A DNA stretch of 64,000 bases from Brevundimonas sp. GTDB taxonomy: Bacteria > Actinomycetota > Actinomycetes > Actinomycetales > Cellulomonadaceae. This document shows positions 10,340-21,176 of the stretch, one piece after another. The translations under genes were made by a program, and so were the position numbers. Under the pieces are notes generated by a model. That model worked only from the letters and a program-made list of their open reading frames with translations. It ran no database searches and was not told the DNA's origin. Location of the stretch: positions 5,165 through 69,164 of the forward strand of contig JBCECL010000004.1 of NCBI GenBank assembly GCA_039207135.1, written 5' to 3'. Numbering within the stretch: the stretch's first letter is position 1; each line of letters opens with the position of its first letter.

Positions 10340-10957
10340 GTGATCGCGTCGGTGCATGGCACGGTGCGCAAGCTGAGGCTCGACGCGGCCGTCATCGAGG
10401 TCAACGGCGTCGGGATGCTCGTCCAGGCCACGCCGGCCACGTTGGCCGGGCTGCGGGTCGGGGCCGACGCCACGCTGCACACCTCTCTCGTCGTGCGTGA
10501 GGACTCGTTGACCCTGTTCGGGTTCGCGGACGACGACGAGCGCGAGGTGTTCGAGATCGTGCAGACCGTCAGCGGCGTCGGTCCGCGGCTCGCGATGGCG
10601 ATGCTCGCGGTGCACACGCCCGACGGGCTCCGGCGTGCGGTGGTCGACGAGGACCTCAAGGCGCTCGAGCGCGTGCCCGGGATCGGCCGCAAGGGCGCTC
10701 AGCGCATCGTCCTCGAGCTCAAGGACCGCATCGGGGCGCCCGCGCCAGCGGTGTCGGGCGGCGTCTCGCCCGCGACGGTGCCGGGGGACCGGCGCGACCA
10801 GGTCGTCGAGGCGCTCGTCGGGCTGGGGTGGACCGCGAAGGTCGCCGACGAGGCGGTGGCGACGGTCCTCGTCGGTGTCGATGGACCGGTCGGGCCGGAC
10901 GAGGTCGCCGGCGTGCTGCGCGCAGCACTTCGCACGCTCGGCGGCGGCCGTGGTTGA
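10340..10957 (+). CDS. ruvA: Holliday junction branch migration complex subunit RuvA
   Basis: Starts [32 protein letters not shown] and contains HhH motifs. A GAGGAGG RBS precedes GTG 10340. Confidence 0.92.
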   Translation: MIASVHGTVRKLRLDAAVIEVNGVGMLVQATPATLAGLRVGADATLHTSLVVREDSLTLFGFADDDEREVFEIVQTVSGVGPRLAMAMLAVHTPDGLRRAVVDEDLKALERVPGIGRKGAQRIVLELKDRIGAPAPAVSGGVSPATVPGDRRDQVVEALVGLGWTAKVADEAVATVLVGVDGPVGPDEVAGVLRAALRTLGGGRG

Positions 10958-12011
10958 CGGCGTCGACGACGAGCTCGTCACCGAGCGGATCGCAGCGGAG
11001 TCGCTCGTGCGCACGGGCGCGGACGACCTGGAGCGGGCGGCCGAGGCGGCGCTGCGCCCCCGGCGCCTGGACGAGTTCGTCGGGCAGCGCGTGGTGCGCG
11101 AGCAGCTCTCGCTCGTGCTGGAGGCCGCGCGCAACCGCGGGCGAGCGCCCGACCACGTGCTGCTGTCCGGGCCCCCGGGGCTCGGGAAGACGACGCTCGC
11201 GATGATCATCGCGGCCGAGCTGGGCGCCTCCCTGCGCGTCACGAGCGGGCCCGCGATCCAGCACGCGGGCGACCTGGCTGCCGTGCTGTCCTCGCTCGAG
11301 GAGGGCGAGGTGCTCTTCATCGACGAGATCCATCGGCTCGCGCGCCCGGCCGAGGAGCTGCTCTACGTCGCGATGGAGGACTTCCGCGTCGACGTCGTCG
11401 TGGGCAAGGGGGCCGGGGCGAGCGCGATCCCGTTGGCGCTGCCGCCGTTCACGGTCGTCGGGGCGACGACGCGGGCCGGGCTGCTGCCGGCACCGCTGCG
11501 GGACCGGTTCGGCTTCACAGGACATCTCGACTTCTACGACGCGGACGAGCTCGAACGCGTGCTCGTCCGCTCCGCCGGCCTGCTGGGCGTCCCGCTCGAG
11601 CACGATGCCGCGAGCGAGATCGCTTCCCGGTCGCGGGGCACGCCCCGCATCGCGAACCGCCTGCTGCGCCGTGTCCGGGACTGGGCAGAGGTGCGCGGTG
11701 ACGGCAACCTGAGCCTCGCCGCGGCGCGCGCCGCGTTGGCGGTCTACGAGGTCGACGAGCGTGGGCTCGACCGGCTCGACCGGGCGGTCCTGACCGCGCT
11801 GTGCACGAGGTTCGGCGGAGGGCCTGTCGGTCTGACGACCCTCGCGGTCGCCGTCGGAGAGGAGCCGGAGACCGTCGAGACGGTCGCCGAGCCTTTCCTG
11901 TTCCGGGAGGGATTCGTCGGTCGGACGCCCCGCGGGCGCATCGCGATGCCCCAGGCCTGGGCGCATCTGGGCCTCCAAGTTCCGCGCGACCAGCCCGCGC
12001 TGTTCGGCTGA
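10950..12011 (+). CDS. ruvB: Holliday junction DNA helicase RuvB
   Basis: Contains [12 protein letters not shown] and Walker [15 protein letters not shown] 10950 overlaps the ruvA stop. Confidence 0.95.
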   Translation: MVDGVDDELVTERIAAESLVRTGADDLERAAEAALRPRRLDEFVGQRVVREQLSLVLEAARNRGRAPDHVLLSGPPGLGKTTLAMIIAAELGASLRVTSGPAIQHAGDLAAVLSSLEEGEVLFIDEIHRLARPAEELLYVAMEDFRVDVVVGKGAGASAIPLALPPFTVVGATTRAGLLPAPLRDRFGFTGHLDFYDADELERVLVRSAGLLGVPLEHDAASEIASRSRGTPRIANRLLRRVRDWAEVRGDGNLSLAAARAALAVYEVDERGLDRLDRAVLTALCTRFGGGPVGLTTLAVAVGEEPETVETVAEPFLFREGFVGRTPRGRIAMPQAWAHLGLQVPRDQPALFG

Positions 12012-12192
12012 CGTGTCCTGGCGCACAGATTCGGGCGACTACAGTTTCCTCGGTGGCCCGCAGGGGCCCGGGATGTCGTGCGGTCGATGAGAGCCCGCCG
12101 CGGTCCGGGAACCTCCGACAACGATCGCGCGTTGGAGCGGCGGGCCGCACCGCCTAGACTGCGGCCGACACGCCCGACCCGAAGGAACTCCT

Positions 12193-12657
12193 GTGACCCA
12201 CCACGCCGAAGTGCTCGCTGCCGCCAACAGTGGCAGCGGCGGCAGCAGCAACTACTCGTTCCTGCTGATCCTCGCCCTCGCCGTCGGTGCGTTCTGGCTC
12301 ATGTCGCGCCGCACGCGCAAGCAGCAGAAGTCCCAGCAGGAGTTCCGCAGCTCGCTGGCTCCGGGTGACGAGGTCATGACCGGTTCGGGCCTGTTCGGCA
12401 CCGTCGTCGCCGTCGACGACGAGGCGATCACGCTCGAGTCCGAGCCGGGCGGCGGCCGCACGCGCTGGATCCGTGCCGCCATCGCGAAGAAGATCGAGCC
12501 GCCGGTCCCCGCCGACGCGGACGAGTGGCGTGACGACGCCGATGGCGACGACGCGATCGAGGTGCCGGACGACCTGTCGTCACTGCCGTCGCTCCGCAAG
12601 GACGGCACGCAGGACGGCAAGCCGGCAACCGACGGCGACGAGCCAGAGACCAAGTAA
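12193..12657 (+). CDS. yajC: Preprotein translocase subunit YajC with an acidic C-terminal tail
   Basis: One TM helix followed by LAPGDEVMTGSGLFGTVVAVDDEAITLE. Confidence 0.88.
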   Translation: MTHHAEVLAAANSGSGGSSNYSFLLILALAVGAFWLMSRRTRKQQKSQQEFRSSLAPGDEVMTGSGLFGTVVAVDDEAITLESEPGGGRTRWIRAAIAKKIEPPVPADADEWRDDADGDDAIEVPDDLSSLPSLRKDGTQDGKPATDGDEPETK

Positions 12658-12742
12658 CCGCACGCGCCCGCGGAGGTACACCGCGGGCCCGATCCCATCG
12701 GCCGATCCTTCGCCCGGTGCGCGCACGAGAGAAGACATTCCG

Positions 12743-14686
12743 TTGGCCCCTTCGACACGCCGCAACAGGCCTGTTCGCACGTTGACGTTGCTCGGACTCA
12801 TCATCCTGGCGATCTACGGTGCGATCTTCGCCGGCACCCAGTGGTCCGACGCGACCTGGACCCCCAAGCTCGCGCTCGACCTCGAGGGCGGCACGCAGAT
12901 CGTGCTCAAGCCGATCTCGGAGACTGCGCCGACGAGCGGGCAGATCAACCAGGCGATCAACGTCATCCGGCAGCGAGTGGACGCCTCCGGCGTCTCCGAG
13001 GCCGAGATCACGAGCCAGGGCAGCGGATCGGGTGCCTCGATCGTCGTCGGACTTCCGGGCAAGCCGAGCGAGGAGACGCTCAAGCTCGTCCGCACCTCGG
13101 CACAGATGGAGTTCCGCCCCGTGCTCGCGCAGGGTGCGCCGACGCCGACCACCACGGACGACCCGTCGGCGAGCGCGACCCCCGCACCGTCGGCCAGCGC
13201 GAGCGCAGGCAGCGACCCCGCGCCGAGCGCGTCCGCCACTCCGAGCGCCACGCCCACGCCGGCCTCGACGACGCCCTCGAAGGCCAAGCCTGACAACGCG
13301 AGCGACGCCGCCTACTACGTGACCCCGGCCGTGCAGGAAGAGTTCGACAAGCTCGACTGCACCGACCCCGCCAACCTCACCGGCGGCGTGAACGGCGCCC
13401 CGGACAAGGCGTTCGTGACCTGCGAGTCGCAGACCATCAACGGCAAGCCCGTCGGCGTCGCGAAGTACATCCTCGGCCCGGTCGAGGTCGACGGCGACCG
13501 GATCGCGAGCGCGAGCTCGGGCCACGAGACGCTGCCCGGCGGCGGCATCGGCACCGAGTGGATCGTCTCGCTCAAGTTCGACTCGAAGGGCGCGTCGCAG
13601 TTCACGGACGTCACGGAGCGCCTCGCGAAGGAGAGCTCGCCGCTGAACCAGTTCGGCATCGTGCTCGACGGTCTCGTCGTGTCGGCTCCGGCCGTCAACG
13701 AGGTCATCCCGAACGGCCAGGCGCAGATCTCGGGCAACTTCACGCGCACGAGCGCAGCGAGCCTCGCGCAGCAGCTCAACTTCGGCTCGCTGCCCATGTC
13801 GTTCGAGGTGCAGAGCGAGGAGCAGATCTCCGCCACGCTCGGTGCCGACCAGCTCGAGAAGGGCCTGCTGGCCGGACTCATCGGCCTCGCCCTCGTCGTC
13901 GTGTACTCGCTCTTCCAGTACCGCGCGCTCGGCTTCGTGACGGTGGCGTCCCTCGTGGTCGCCGGCGTGGTCACCTACGGGATCATCACGCTGATGTCGT
14001 GGCGCCAGGGCTACCGGCTCTCGCTGCCCGGTGTCGCGGGTCTGATCGTGGCGATCGGTATCACGGCTGACTCGTTCATCGTGTACTTCGAGCGCATCCG
14101 TGACGAGCTGCGTGAGGGGCGGCTCCTCGGGGCCGGTGTCGAACGCGGATGGGCGCGCGCCAAGCGCACGATCCTGGCGTCCGACGCGGTCAACTTCCTC
14201 GCCGCCATCGTGCTGTACTTCCTGGCCGTCGGTGGTGTGCGTGGCTTCGCGTTCACCCTCGGGCTCACCACGCTCGTCGACGTGCTGATCGTCTTCATGT
14301 TCACGCACCCGGTCATGGAGCTGCTGGCGCGGACGAAGTTCTTCGCGAACGGCCACCCTGCCTCCGGGCTCGACCCGCGGCGCCTCGGGGTTCCGGGCAC
14401 GCGCTACGTCGGCCGCGGCTCGGTCCAGACCGGTCCGCGCACCTCGGGTGCGCCGGCCACGACGGCAGACGCCTCCGCCGAGGCGGAGCAGTCCGAGAGC
14501 AAGGTCCCGGCAACCGTCGGCGGCCCTGCGAGCAAGGCCGGCGCCGCGGCGAGCAAGCCGACCCCCGAGACGGCGGGCATGACGATCGCCGAGCGGCGGG
14601 CCGCGCAGAAGGCGGCCGCCACGAAGGCGACCGCGCCGAAGGACGAGGACGACGCCTCTGGGCGCACCGACGGGAGTGAGGGCTGA
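12743..14686 (+). CDS. secD: Protein translocase subunit SecD
   Basis: Contains LALDLEGGTQIVLKP and the SecD/F 6-TM core. There is a Ser/Thr/Pro/Ala linker and a long Ala/Lys-rich tail. TTG 12743 is preceded by a GAGAGAAG RBS. Confidence 0.9.
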   Translation: MAPSTRRNRPVRTLTLLGLIILAIYGAIFAGTQWSDATWTPKLALDLEGGTQIVLKPISETAPTSGQINQAINVIRQRVDASGVSEAEITSQGSGSGASIVVGLPGKPSEETLKLVRTSAQMEFRPVLAQGAPTPTTTDDPSASATPAPSASASAGSDPAPSASATPSATPTPASTTPSKAKPDNASDAAYYVTPAVQEEFDKLDCTDPANLTGGVNGAPDKAFVTCESQTINGKPVGVAKYILGPVEVDGDRIASASSGHETLPGGGIGTEWIVSLKFDSKGASQFTDVTERLAKESSPLNQFGIVLDGLVVSAPAVNEVIPNGQAQISGNFTRTSAASLAQQLNFGSLPMSFEVQSEEQISATLGADQLEKGLLAGLIGLALVVVYSLFQYRALGFVTVASLVVAGVVTYGIITLMSWRQGYRLSLPGVAGLIVAIGITADSFIVYFERIRDELREGRLLGAGVERGWARAKRTILASDAVNFLAAIVLYFLAVGGVRGFAFTLGLTTLVDVLIVFMFTHPVMELLARTKFFANGHPASGLDPRRLGVPGTRYVGRGSVQTGPRTSGAPATTADASAEAEQSESKVPATVGGPASKAGAAASKPTPETAGMTIAERRAAQKAAATKATAPKDEDDASGRTDGSEG

Positions 14687-15780
14687 TGGCCGCCGGATTC
14701 GCCCAGTGGGGCAACGACCTCTACACGGGGCGTCGGTCGTACGACATCGTCGGGCGTCGCCGCATCTGGTTCACGATCTCGTCGATCCTGGTCGTGCTGT
14801 CGGCGATCGTGCTGGTCAAGCCGGGCCTGAACCCGGGCATCGAGTTCAGCGGCGGTTCGCAGTTCATCGTCTCGAACGTCGACACCAACGACCAGCAGCT
14901 CGCGATCGACACCGTCGTGGCGCTCGAGCCGGGGGAGTCGCCGCAGGTGACCGCGCTCGGCACGGACTCGCTGCGGATCCAGACGGCCCAGCTCTCGAAC
15001 GACGAGGTCGAGAAGGTCAAGGACGCGCTGATGACCGCGTTCAACGTGACCGACGACGACATCAGCAGCTCGTTCATCGGACCGTCGTGGGGCAAGGAGA
15101 TCACGAAGAAGGCCGTCACCGGCATCGTCGTGTTCCTGTTCTTCGTGATGATCGTCATGACGATCTACTTCCGGAACTGGCGGATGGCCGTCGCCGGTCT
15201 GATCGCGCTGTTCCACGACCTGCTCATCACGGTCGGCGTCTACGCCGCGATCGGCTGGGAGGTCACGCCTGCCACGGTCATCGGCTTCCTGACGATCCTC
15301 GGCTACTCGATCTACGACACGGTCGTCGTGTTCGACAAGGTCCGGGAGAACACGGCCGACGCGCTCGACCAGAGCCGGTTCACCTACGCCGAGAAGGCCA
15401 ACCTCGCCGTCAACCAGACGCTGGTCCGCTCGATCAACACGTCGGTCGTCGCGCTCCTGCCCGTCAGCGGCATCCTGTTCGTCGGCGCGTTCATCCTGGG
15501 CGCCGGCACGCTGCGTGACATCGCGCTGGCACTGTTCGTCGGAATGCTCATCGGAACGTTCTCGTCGGTCTTCCTCGCGACGCCGTTCGAGGTCTTCCTG
15601 CGCGAGCGCGAGCCGGCGATCCGCGACCACACCGCCAAGGTGCTCGCCGCGCGGGCAGCCAAGGGCGAGACGGAGGAGGGCCCGGTGCTCGCCGGCTCGG
15701 CACACGCTGCCGGCCAGCTGCGTCCCGGTTCGCACCAGGGCGTCGCGGCGCAGCCGAAGAAGCGCAAGCCCACCCGATGA
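14686..15780 (+). CDS. secF: Protein translocase subunit SecF
   Basis: A TGATG junction joins it to secD. It has the SecD/F membrane core (GFLTILGYSIYDTVVVFD). Confidence 0.93.
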   Translation: MAAGFAQWGNDLYTGRRSYDIVGRRRIWFTISSILVVLSAIVLVKPGLNPGIEFSGGSQFIVSNVDTNDQQLAIDTVVALEPGESPQVTALGTDSLRIQTAQLSNDEVEKVKDALMTAFNVTDDDISSSFIGPSWGKEITKKAVTGIVVFLFFVMIVMTIYFRNWRMAVAGLIALFHDLLITVGVYAAIGWEVTPATVIGFLTILGYSIYDTVVVFDKVRENTADALDQSRFTYAEKANLAVNQTLVRSINTSVVALLPVSGILFVGAFILGAGTLRDIALALFVGMLIGTFSSVFLATPFEVFLREREPAIRDHTAKVLAARAAKGETEEGPVLAGSAHAAGQLRPGSHQGVAAQPKKRKPTR

Positions 15781-16325
15781 GCGGGAGCACCCCCGGCCTC
15801 GAGGCGGCGGCACGCCGGGTCGACGAGCTCGTCCGGCTCGTGCCGGACTTCCCCGAGCCGGGGGTCCTCTTCCGCGACATCACTCCGCTGCTCGCGGACG
15901 CCGCGGCCTTCACCCAGGTGTGCGAGGCGCTCGCCGACCAGGCGGGCGGCGCTATCGACCTCGTCGCGGGGATGGAGGCGCGCGGCTTCCTGTTCGCGGC
16001 GCCGATCGCGATGCACCTGGGTGCTGGGCTGATCCCGGTCCGCAAGGCAGGCAAGCTCCCCGGCCCGTCGGCGTCCGAGAGCTACTCGCTCGAGTACGGC
16101 GACGCGACCATCGAGCTGCACGCGGCCACGGTCCCGGCGGGCGCGCGCGTGCTGATCGTCGACGACGTGCTCGCGACGGGCGGCACGGCCGCGGCGACCG
16201 TCCGGCTCTTCGAACGCTGCGGTGCGCAGGTCGTCGGCCTCTCGTTCCTCATCGAGCTCGAGGCGCTCGGAGGCCGGTCGCTGCTCGACGGCCATGCGGT
16301 GAACACCCTGCTCCGCGTGCCCTGA
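15777..16325 (+). CDS. apt: Adenine phosphoribosyltransferase
   Basis: PRPP-binding motif VLIVDDVLATGGTAAA. An ATGA overlap joins it to secF. Confidence 0.93.
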   Translation: MSGSTPGLEAAARRVDELVRLVPDFPEPGVLFRDITPLLADAAAFTQVCEALADQAGGAIDLVAGMEARGFLFAAPIAMHLGAGLIPVRKAGKLPGPSASESYSLEYGDATIELHAATVPAGARVLIVDDVLATGGTAAATVRLFERCGAQVVGLSFLIELEALGGRSLLDGHAVNTLLRVP

Positions 16326-16429
16326 CTGGGCGTTCGCACGTCACGTCCCTGCCGCGGCCGTAGACTCTGCGGATCGGTTCCCCCGCCGTCGGCCAGCGCG
16401 AGGGAGCCCCTGAGCGCAAGGGGGAGGGC

Positions 16430-18760
16430 TTGAGCGACGACGTCGCCTCGACGGACACCGGTACCGAGGTCGCAGTGACGGACCCGTACGGCACCGGTCG
16501 CGTGCGCTCGCGCCTGTCGCGGTTCGGTGGCCGCAGCGGCCCCGCGTTCCCCGCGCTCGAGCCGGTCCTGCAGGCGGCGCGCACCAACCACCCCAAGGCC
16601 GACCTCGCCGTCGTCGAGCAGGCCTACGTCGTGGCGGAGAAGGCCCACCGCGGTCAGCTGCGCAAGAGCGGCGACCCGTACATCACGCACCCCGTGGCGG
16701 TCGCGACGATCCTCGCCGAGCTCGGCATGACGCCGTCCACCCTGGTCGCGGCGCTGCTGCACGACACGGTCGAGGACACGGACTACTCGCTCGACCAGCT
16801 GCGCCGGGAGTTCGGTCCCGAGGTCGCGATGCTGGTCGACGGCGTCACCAAGCTCGACAAGGTCACCTACGGCGACGCCGCGCAGGCCGAGACGGTCCGC
16901 AAGATGGTGGTCGCGATGTCGAGGGACATCCGCGTCCTGGTCATCAAGCTCGCCGACCGGCTGCACAACGCGCGCACCTGGAAGTTCGTCGCGGCGGCGT
17001 CCGCCGAGAAGAAGGCCCGCGAGACGCTCGAGATCTACGCGCCGCTGGCTCACCGGCTCGGCATGAACACCATCAAGTGGGAGCTCGAGGACCTGTCGTT
17101 CGCGACCCTGTACCCCAAGGTCTACGACGAGATCGTGCACCTCGTCGCCGAGCGGGCACCCGCACGCGAGGAGTACCTCGCGGTGGTCCGTGAGCAGGTC
17201 GGGGCCGACCTGCGGACCGCGAAGATCAAGGCGACGGTCACCGGCCGGCCGAAGCACTACTACTCGATCTACCAGAAGATGATCGTGCGCGGCCGCGACT
17301 TCGCCGACATCTACGACCTGGTCGGCGTGCGCGTCCTCGTCGACACGGTCCGTGACTGCTACGCGGCGCTCGGCTCGCTGCACGCGCGATGGAACCCGGT
17401 CCCCGGCCGGTTCAAGGACTACATCGCGATGCCGAAGTTCAACCTGTACCAGTCGCTGCACACCACGGTCATCGGCCCGGGCGGCAAGCCCGTGGAGATC
17501 CAGATCCGGACGCACGACATGCACCGGAGGGCCGAGTACGGCGTCGCGGCGCACTGGAAGTACAAGGAGAGCGCCAAGAACCAGGGCGCCAGCGCCACGA
17601 CCGACTCGGCCGGCAACGACATGACCTGGCTCCGCCAGCTCGTCGACTGGCAGAAGGAGACGGCCGACCCCTCGGAGTTCCTCGACTCGCTGCGGTTCGA
17701 GATCGCGGGCTCCGAGGTCTACGTCTTCACGCCCAAGGGCGACGTCATGGGCCTGCCGTCCGGCTCGACGCCGGTCGACTTCGCCTACGCCGTGCACACC
17801 GAGGTCGGGCACCGGACCATGGGTGCGCGCGTGAACGGGCGGCTCGTCCCGCTCGACTCGACGCTCGAGAACGGTGACGTCGTCGACGTCTTCACCTCGA
17901 AGTCCGAGACCGCCGGGCCCTCGCGCGACTGGCTCGGGTTCGTCAAGAGCCCGCGCGCGCGCAACAAGATCCGGCAGTGGTTCTCCAAGGAGCGCCGCGA
18001 AGAGGCCATCGAGCACGGCAAGGACGCGATCGCGAAGGCGATGCGCAAGCAGAACCTGCCGATCCAGCGGTTGCTCTCGCACGAGTCGCTCGTGGCTCTG
18101 GCCAACGACATGCGGTACGCGGACGTCTCGGCGCTGTACGCGGCAGTCGGTGAGGGTCAGGTGGCGGCCGCGACGGTCGTCCAGCGGCTCGTGCACTCCA
18201 TGGGCGGCGAGCCCGCCGCCGAGGAGGACATCGCCGAGGTCACGCGCCCCGGGCAGACGAACCGTCGCGCCCGCGCGGGCGACCCGGGCGTCGTGGTCAA
18301 GGGCGTCGACGACATCTGGGTCAAGCTCGCCAAGTGCTGCACGCCGGTGCCGGGCGACGAGATCATGGGCTTCGTGACCCGAGGCGCCGGGGTGAGCGTG
18401 CACCGCACCGACTGCATCAACGTCGAGCAGCTGCTGGCGCAGCCCGAGCGCGTCGTCGACGTCTCGTGGAGCCAGTCGTCGTCGGCGCTGTTCCTGGTGC
18501 AGATCCAGGTCGAGGCGCTGGACCGGTCGCGGCTGCTGTCCGACGTGACCCGCGTGCTGTCCGACAGCCACGTCAACATCCTGTCGGCGTCCGTCTCGAC
18601 CTCACGCGATCGCGTGGCGCTGTCGCGCTTCGTCTTCGAGATGGCGGAGCCGTCGCACCTCGCCTCGGTGCTGTCTGCGGTGCGCAAGGTCGAGGGTGTC
18701 TTCGACGTCTACCGCATCACGGGCGCCAAGGGCGCCGAGGAGCCCTCGATCCGCGCCTGA
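16430..18760 (+). CDS. relA: Bifunctional (p)ppGpp synthetase/hydrolase (RelA/SpoT family)
   Basis: HD domain (HDTVEDT), synthetase region ([11 protein letters not shown]), and TGS and ACT regions. Starts at TTG. Confidence 0.96.
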   Translation: MSDDVASTDTGTEVAVTDPYGTGRVRSRLSRFGGRSGPAFPALEPVLQAARTNHPKADLAVVEQAYVVAEKAHRGQLRKSGDPYITHPVAVATILAELGMTPSTLVAALLHDTVEDTDYSLDQLRREFGPEVAMLVDGVTKLDKVTYGDAAQAETVRKMVVAMSRDIRVLVIKLADRLHNARTWKFVAAASAEKKARETLEIYAPLAHRLGMNTIKWELEDLSFATLYPKVYDEIVHLVAERAPAREEYLAVVREQVGADLRTAKIKATVTGRPKHYYSIYQKMIVRGRDFADIYDLVGVRVLVDTVRDCYAALGSLHARWNPVPGRFKDYIAMPKFNLYQSLHTTVIGPGGKPVEIQIRTHDMHRRAEYGVAAHWKYKESAKNQGASATTDSAGNDMTWLRQLVDWQKETADPSEFLDSLRFEIAGSEVYVFTPKGDVMGLPSGSTPVDFAYAVHTEVGHRTMGARVNGRLVPLDSTLENGDVVDVFTSKSETAGPSRDWLGFVKSPRARNKIRQWFSKERREEAIEHGKDAIAKAMRKQNLPIQRLLSHESLVALANDMRYADVSALYAAVGEGQVAAATVVQRLVHSMGGEPAAEEDIAEVTRPGQTNRRARAGDPGVVVKGVDDIWVKLAKCCTPVPGDEIMGFVTRGAGVSVHRTDCINVEQLLAQPERVVDVSWSQSSSALFLVQIQVEALDRSRLLSDVTRVLSDSHVNILSASVSTSRDRVALSRFVFEMAEPSHLASVLSAVRKVEGVFDVYRITGAKGAEEPSIRA

Positions 18761-19326
18761 CCGCGGAGCTCAGTCAGCACGTCGAGCGCGGAGCGCACGT
18801 GGCGATGGCCGCGCATCGCCGCGAGCGTGTGCGATGCGAGCAGAGGGTCGAAGCCGAGCGGCACGAGCTCGGACAACGCCGCCAGGGCCTGCGCGGCCGG
18901 CAGGCAGCGGGCGAGATCGGTGCCGGTGCGCTGGATGGACGTGACCCGGATGCCCGCCAGCCGCACCACGTCGTCGTTCGTCAGCTCCGCCTCGTTGGAG
19001 ACGCGTCTGGGGTGCGGCGCGGTGTGCCGAGCGCGGCGCGCGACGAGGACCTCGACGCGGTCCGGGGCGTGGCGACCGGTGTGCACCCACAGCGCCGACG
19101 ACCGTCCGACGACGCTCCTGGGCGGCACGAGGTCGGCGACGGCCAGCGCGCGTACGGCAGGCGTCGGCGCGCAGTCCGCCGTGATCGCGAGATCGCCCCA
19201 CACGAGACGCAGCACCCCGTCGCGCAGCTGCCCGAACCACGCACTCGCGGGCACGCCGTCACGCCTGACGACGACGACGCTCGGCACGGTCGGCGGCGGG
19301 CGGTAGGTGGCGAGCGCGGTGGTCAT
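18709..19326 (-). CDS. Hypothetical protein, AbiEi-antitoxin-like pattern (weak)
   Basis: 205-aa ORF from ATG 19326. The pattern [41 protein letters not shown] resembles the AbiEi/DUF-type family. Its 3' end overlaps the relA 3' end by 52 nt. Confidence 0.55.
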   Translation of the reverse strand: MTTALATYRPPPTVPSVVVVRRDGVPASAWFGQLRDGVLRLVWGDLAITADCAPTPAVRALAVADLVPPRSVVGRSSALWVHTGRHAPDRVEVLVARRARHTAPHPRRVSNEAELTNDDVVRLAGIRVTSIQRTGTDLARCLPAAQALAALSELVPLGFDPLLASHTLAAMRGHRHVRSALDVLTELRGQARIEGSSAPLAPVMR

Positions 19327-19424
19327 CGTGCCAGCATGCACCGCGGCCCGGCGCGCCGTCGGCGCCCTGTGGACGACGACGGCCCGCCCCTCGACGAGGG
19401 ACGGGCCGTCGGACGTCGCTCGCG

Positions 19425-21176
19425 TCAGCGCGCGTCGTCGGCCGCTCGCTGCACCTGCTCGAGCCACGACCGGCGCGCGTCGAGGGCAGCCTGTGCCTCG
19501 GCGATGCGTCGCTTGTCCTTCGCGGCCTTCGCCTTCTCCAGGTCCGCCTCGAGGCCCGCGATGGCCTGCTCGAGCTGCGCGGCCGCACCCTCGGCCCGCG
19601 CGCGGGTCTCGGGGTTGCTGCGCGTCCACTGGGCCTGCTCGGCGTCGCGGATGCTCGTCTCGACGGCACGCAGGCGGCCCTCGACACGCTGGACGTCGGC
19701 ACGCGGGACCTTGCCCGCTGCTTCCCAGCGGTCCTGGATGCCGCGGATCGCCTGCTTGGCCGCGTTGAGGTCGCGGATCGGGACGAGCGCCTCGGCCTCG
19801 GCGAGCAGCGCCTCCTTGACCTGGAGGTTCGCGCGGTACTCCTCGTCGGTCGCCGCGTTCTGCGCGTCGCGGGAGGCGAAGAACGCGTCCTGCGCGGCGC
19901 GGAAGCGGGCCCACAGCGCGTCGTCGTCGGAGCGGCTGGCGCGCCCGGCGAGCTTCCACTGCGACATCAGGTCGCGGAACGCGCCGGCCGTCGCGCCCCA
20001 GTCGGTGCTGTGCTGCAGACGCTCGGCCTCGGCGACCAGGGCCTCCTTGGCGGCCTTCGCGGACGAGTTGCGCTGCTCGAGCTCGGCGAAGAAGTGCCTG
20101 CGCTCACGGTCGAACGTGGTGCGGGCGTGGCTGAACCGCTTCCAGAGCGCCTCCTCGGTGGGGCGGTCGAGTCGCGGTCCGTTGCGCTGGGCGTCCTTCC
20201 ACTGGTCGAGGAGCACGCGAAGCTGCTCGCCCGCGGGGCGCCACTGGATGCGCGACGGCTCGGTCTCGGCGATCTTCTCGGCGGCCTCGACGATCGCGGT
20301 CCGGGACTCGACAGCGGCGGCGCGTGCGGCGAGGCGCTCTGCCTCCGCCGCGACCCGACGCTCCGCTGCAACCGCGCGCAGGCCCTCGAGCCGCGCGCGC
20401 AGGCCGTCGAGGTCGCCGACGGCGGCCGGCTCGGCGATCTCGGACGTGAGGCGCGACAACGTCTGGTCGATCTCCTTGACCGAGAGGTCCGTCGCGGTCA
20501 GGCGAGCCTCGAAGAGCGTCACCTTCGCCTGCAGGTCGAGGTAGCGGCGCACGTACAGCGCGAGCGCCTCCTGCTCCGACGCGCCCGCGAACTGGCCGAC
20601 GACGCGCTCACCGGCGGCTTCACGCACAGAGACGTTGCCCTCGGCGTCCACGCTTCCGAACGTCGCCGCGATCGCTGCCTCGGCCGCGTCGGCGGGCGGG
20701 GGCACGGGTGCCGACGGGGTCGCGGGCGCGGGCGTCGTCGGCGGGTGCGGAACGGGCACCGCGCCGCTCGGGCGGGGGCGGGGGACTGGCCGCGGGCTCG
20801 GGCTCGGCGTGGGCGCCGGCGCTGCGGGTGCCTCGGCCGCGGGCGCGTCTTCGGACGCGGGGGCCTCTGCTGCGGGCGCCGCGTCGGCTGCCGGGGCCTC
20901 GTCGGCGGGTGCGTCGGCTGCCGGGGCCTCGTCGGCAGATGCGTCGGCGGCGGCTGCCTCGGCGGGCGCCTCGTCGGCGGGTGCCTCAGCTGCAGCGGGT
21001 GCGTCGGTCTCCACCGCGGCGGGCTCGGCTGCGGCCTGGGCCTCTGCGTCTGCGTCGGGCTGTTCGAGGGTCGGCGTCTCGTTCACGTCAGCCGCCTGCG
21101 CCGCCGTGGGCTCGTCGGGCGTCTGCCCGCTCGAGTCCTCGCTGGGCACGATCGGCTGGTCCGGGGTCTGCGTCAC
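19425..21176 (-). CDS. DUF349 domain-containing protein
   Basis: Repeated DUF349-like helical units (WKRFSHARTTFDRERRHFF; LWARFRAAQDAFFASRD). The N-terminus is an Ala/Pro/Asp/Glu low-complexity region. A GTGA overlap joins it to the upstream PPIase gene. Confidence 0.85.
   Translation of the reverse strand: MTQTPDQPIVPSEDSSGQTPDEPTAAQAADVNETPTLEQPDADAEAQAAAEPAAVETDAPAAAEAPADEAPAEAAAADASADEAPAADAPADEAPAADAAPAAEAPASEDAPAAEAPAAPAPTPSPSPRPVPRPRPSGAVPVPHPPTTPAPATPSAPVPPPADAAEAAIAATFGSVDAEGNVSVREAAGERVVGQFAGASEQEALALYVRRYLDLQAKVTLFEARLTATDLSVKEIDQTLSRLTSEIAEPAAVGDLDGLRARLEGLRAVAAERRVAAEAERLAARAAAVESRTAIVEAAEKIAETEPSRIQWRPAGEQLRVLLDQWKDAQRNGPRLDRPTEEALWKRFSHARTTFDRERRHFFAELEQRNSSAKAAKEALVAEAERLQHSTDWGATAGAFRDLMSQWKLAGRASRSDDDALWARFRAAQDAFFASRDAQNAATDEEYRANLQVKEALLAEAEALVPIRDLNAAKQAIRGIQDRWEAAGKVPRADVQRVEGRLRAVETSIRDAEQAQWTRSNPETRARAEGAAAQLEQAIAGLEADLEKAKAAKDKRRIAEAQAALDARRSWLEQVQRAADDAR
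20881..20940. repeat. 30-bp tandem duplication inside the DUF349 low-complexity region
   Basis: gcgtcggctgccggggcctcgtcggcgggt followed by gcgtcggctgccggggcctcgtcggcagat (27/30 identical). Further degenerate copies flank it. Confidence 0.9.

Noticed and set aside
18709-19326. An AbiEi/AbiEii type IV toxin-antitoxin (abortive infection) pair.
   Set aside because: No nucleotidyltransferase-like toxin gene is adjacent; the neighbours are relA and a DUF349 gene. At most this is an orphan AbiEi-like regulator.
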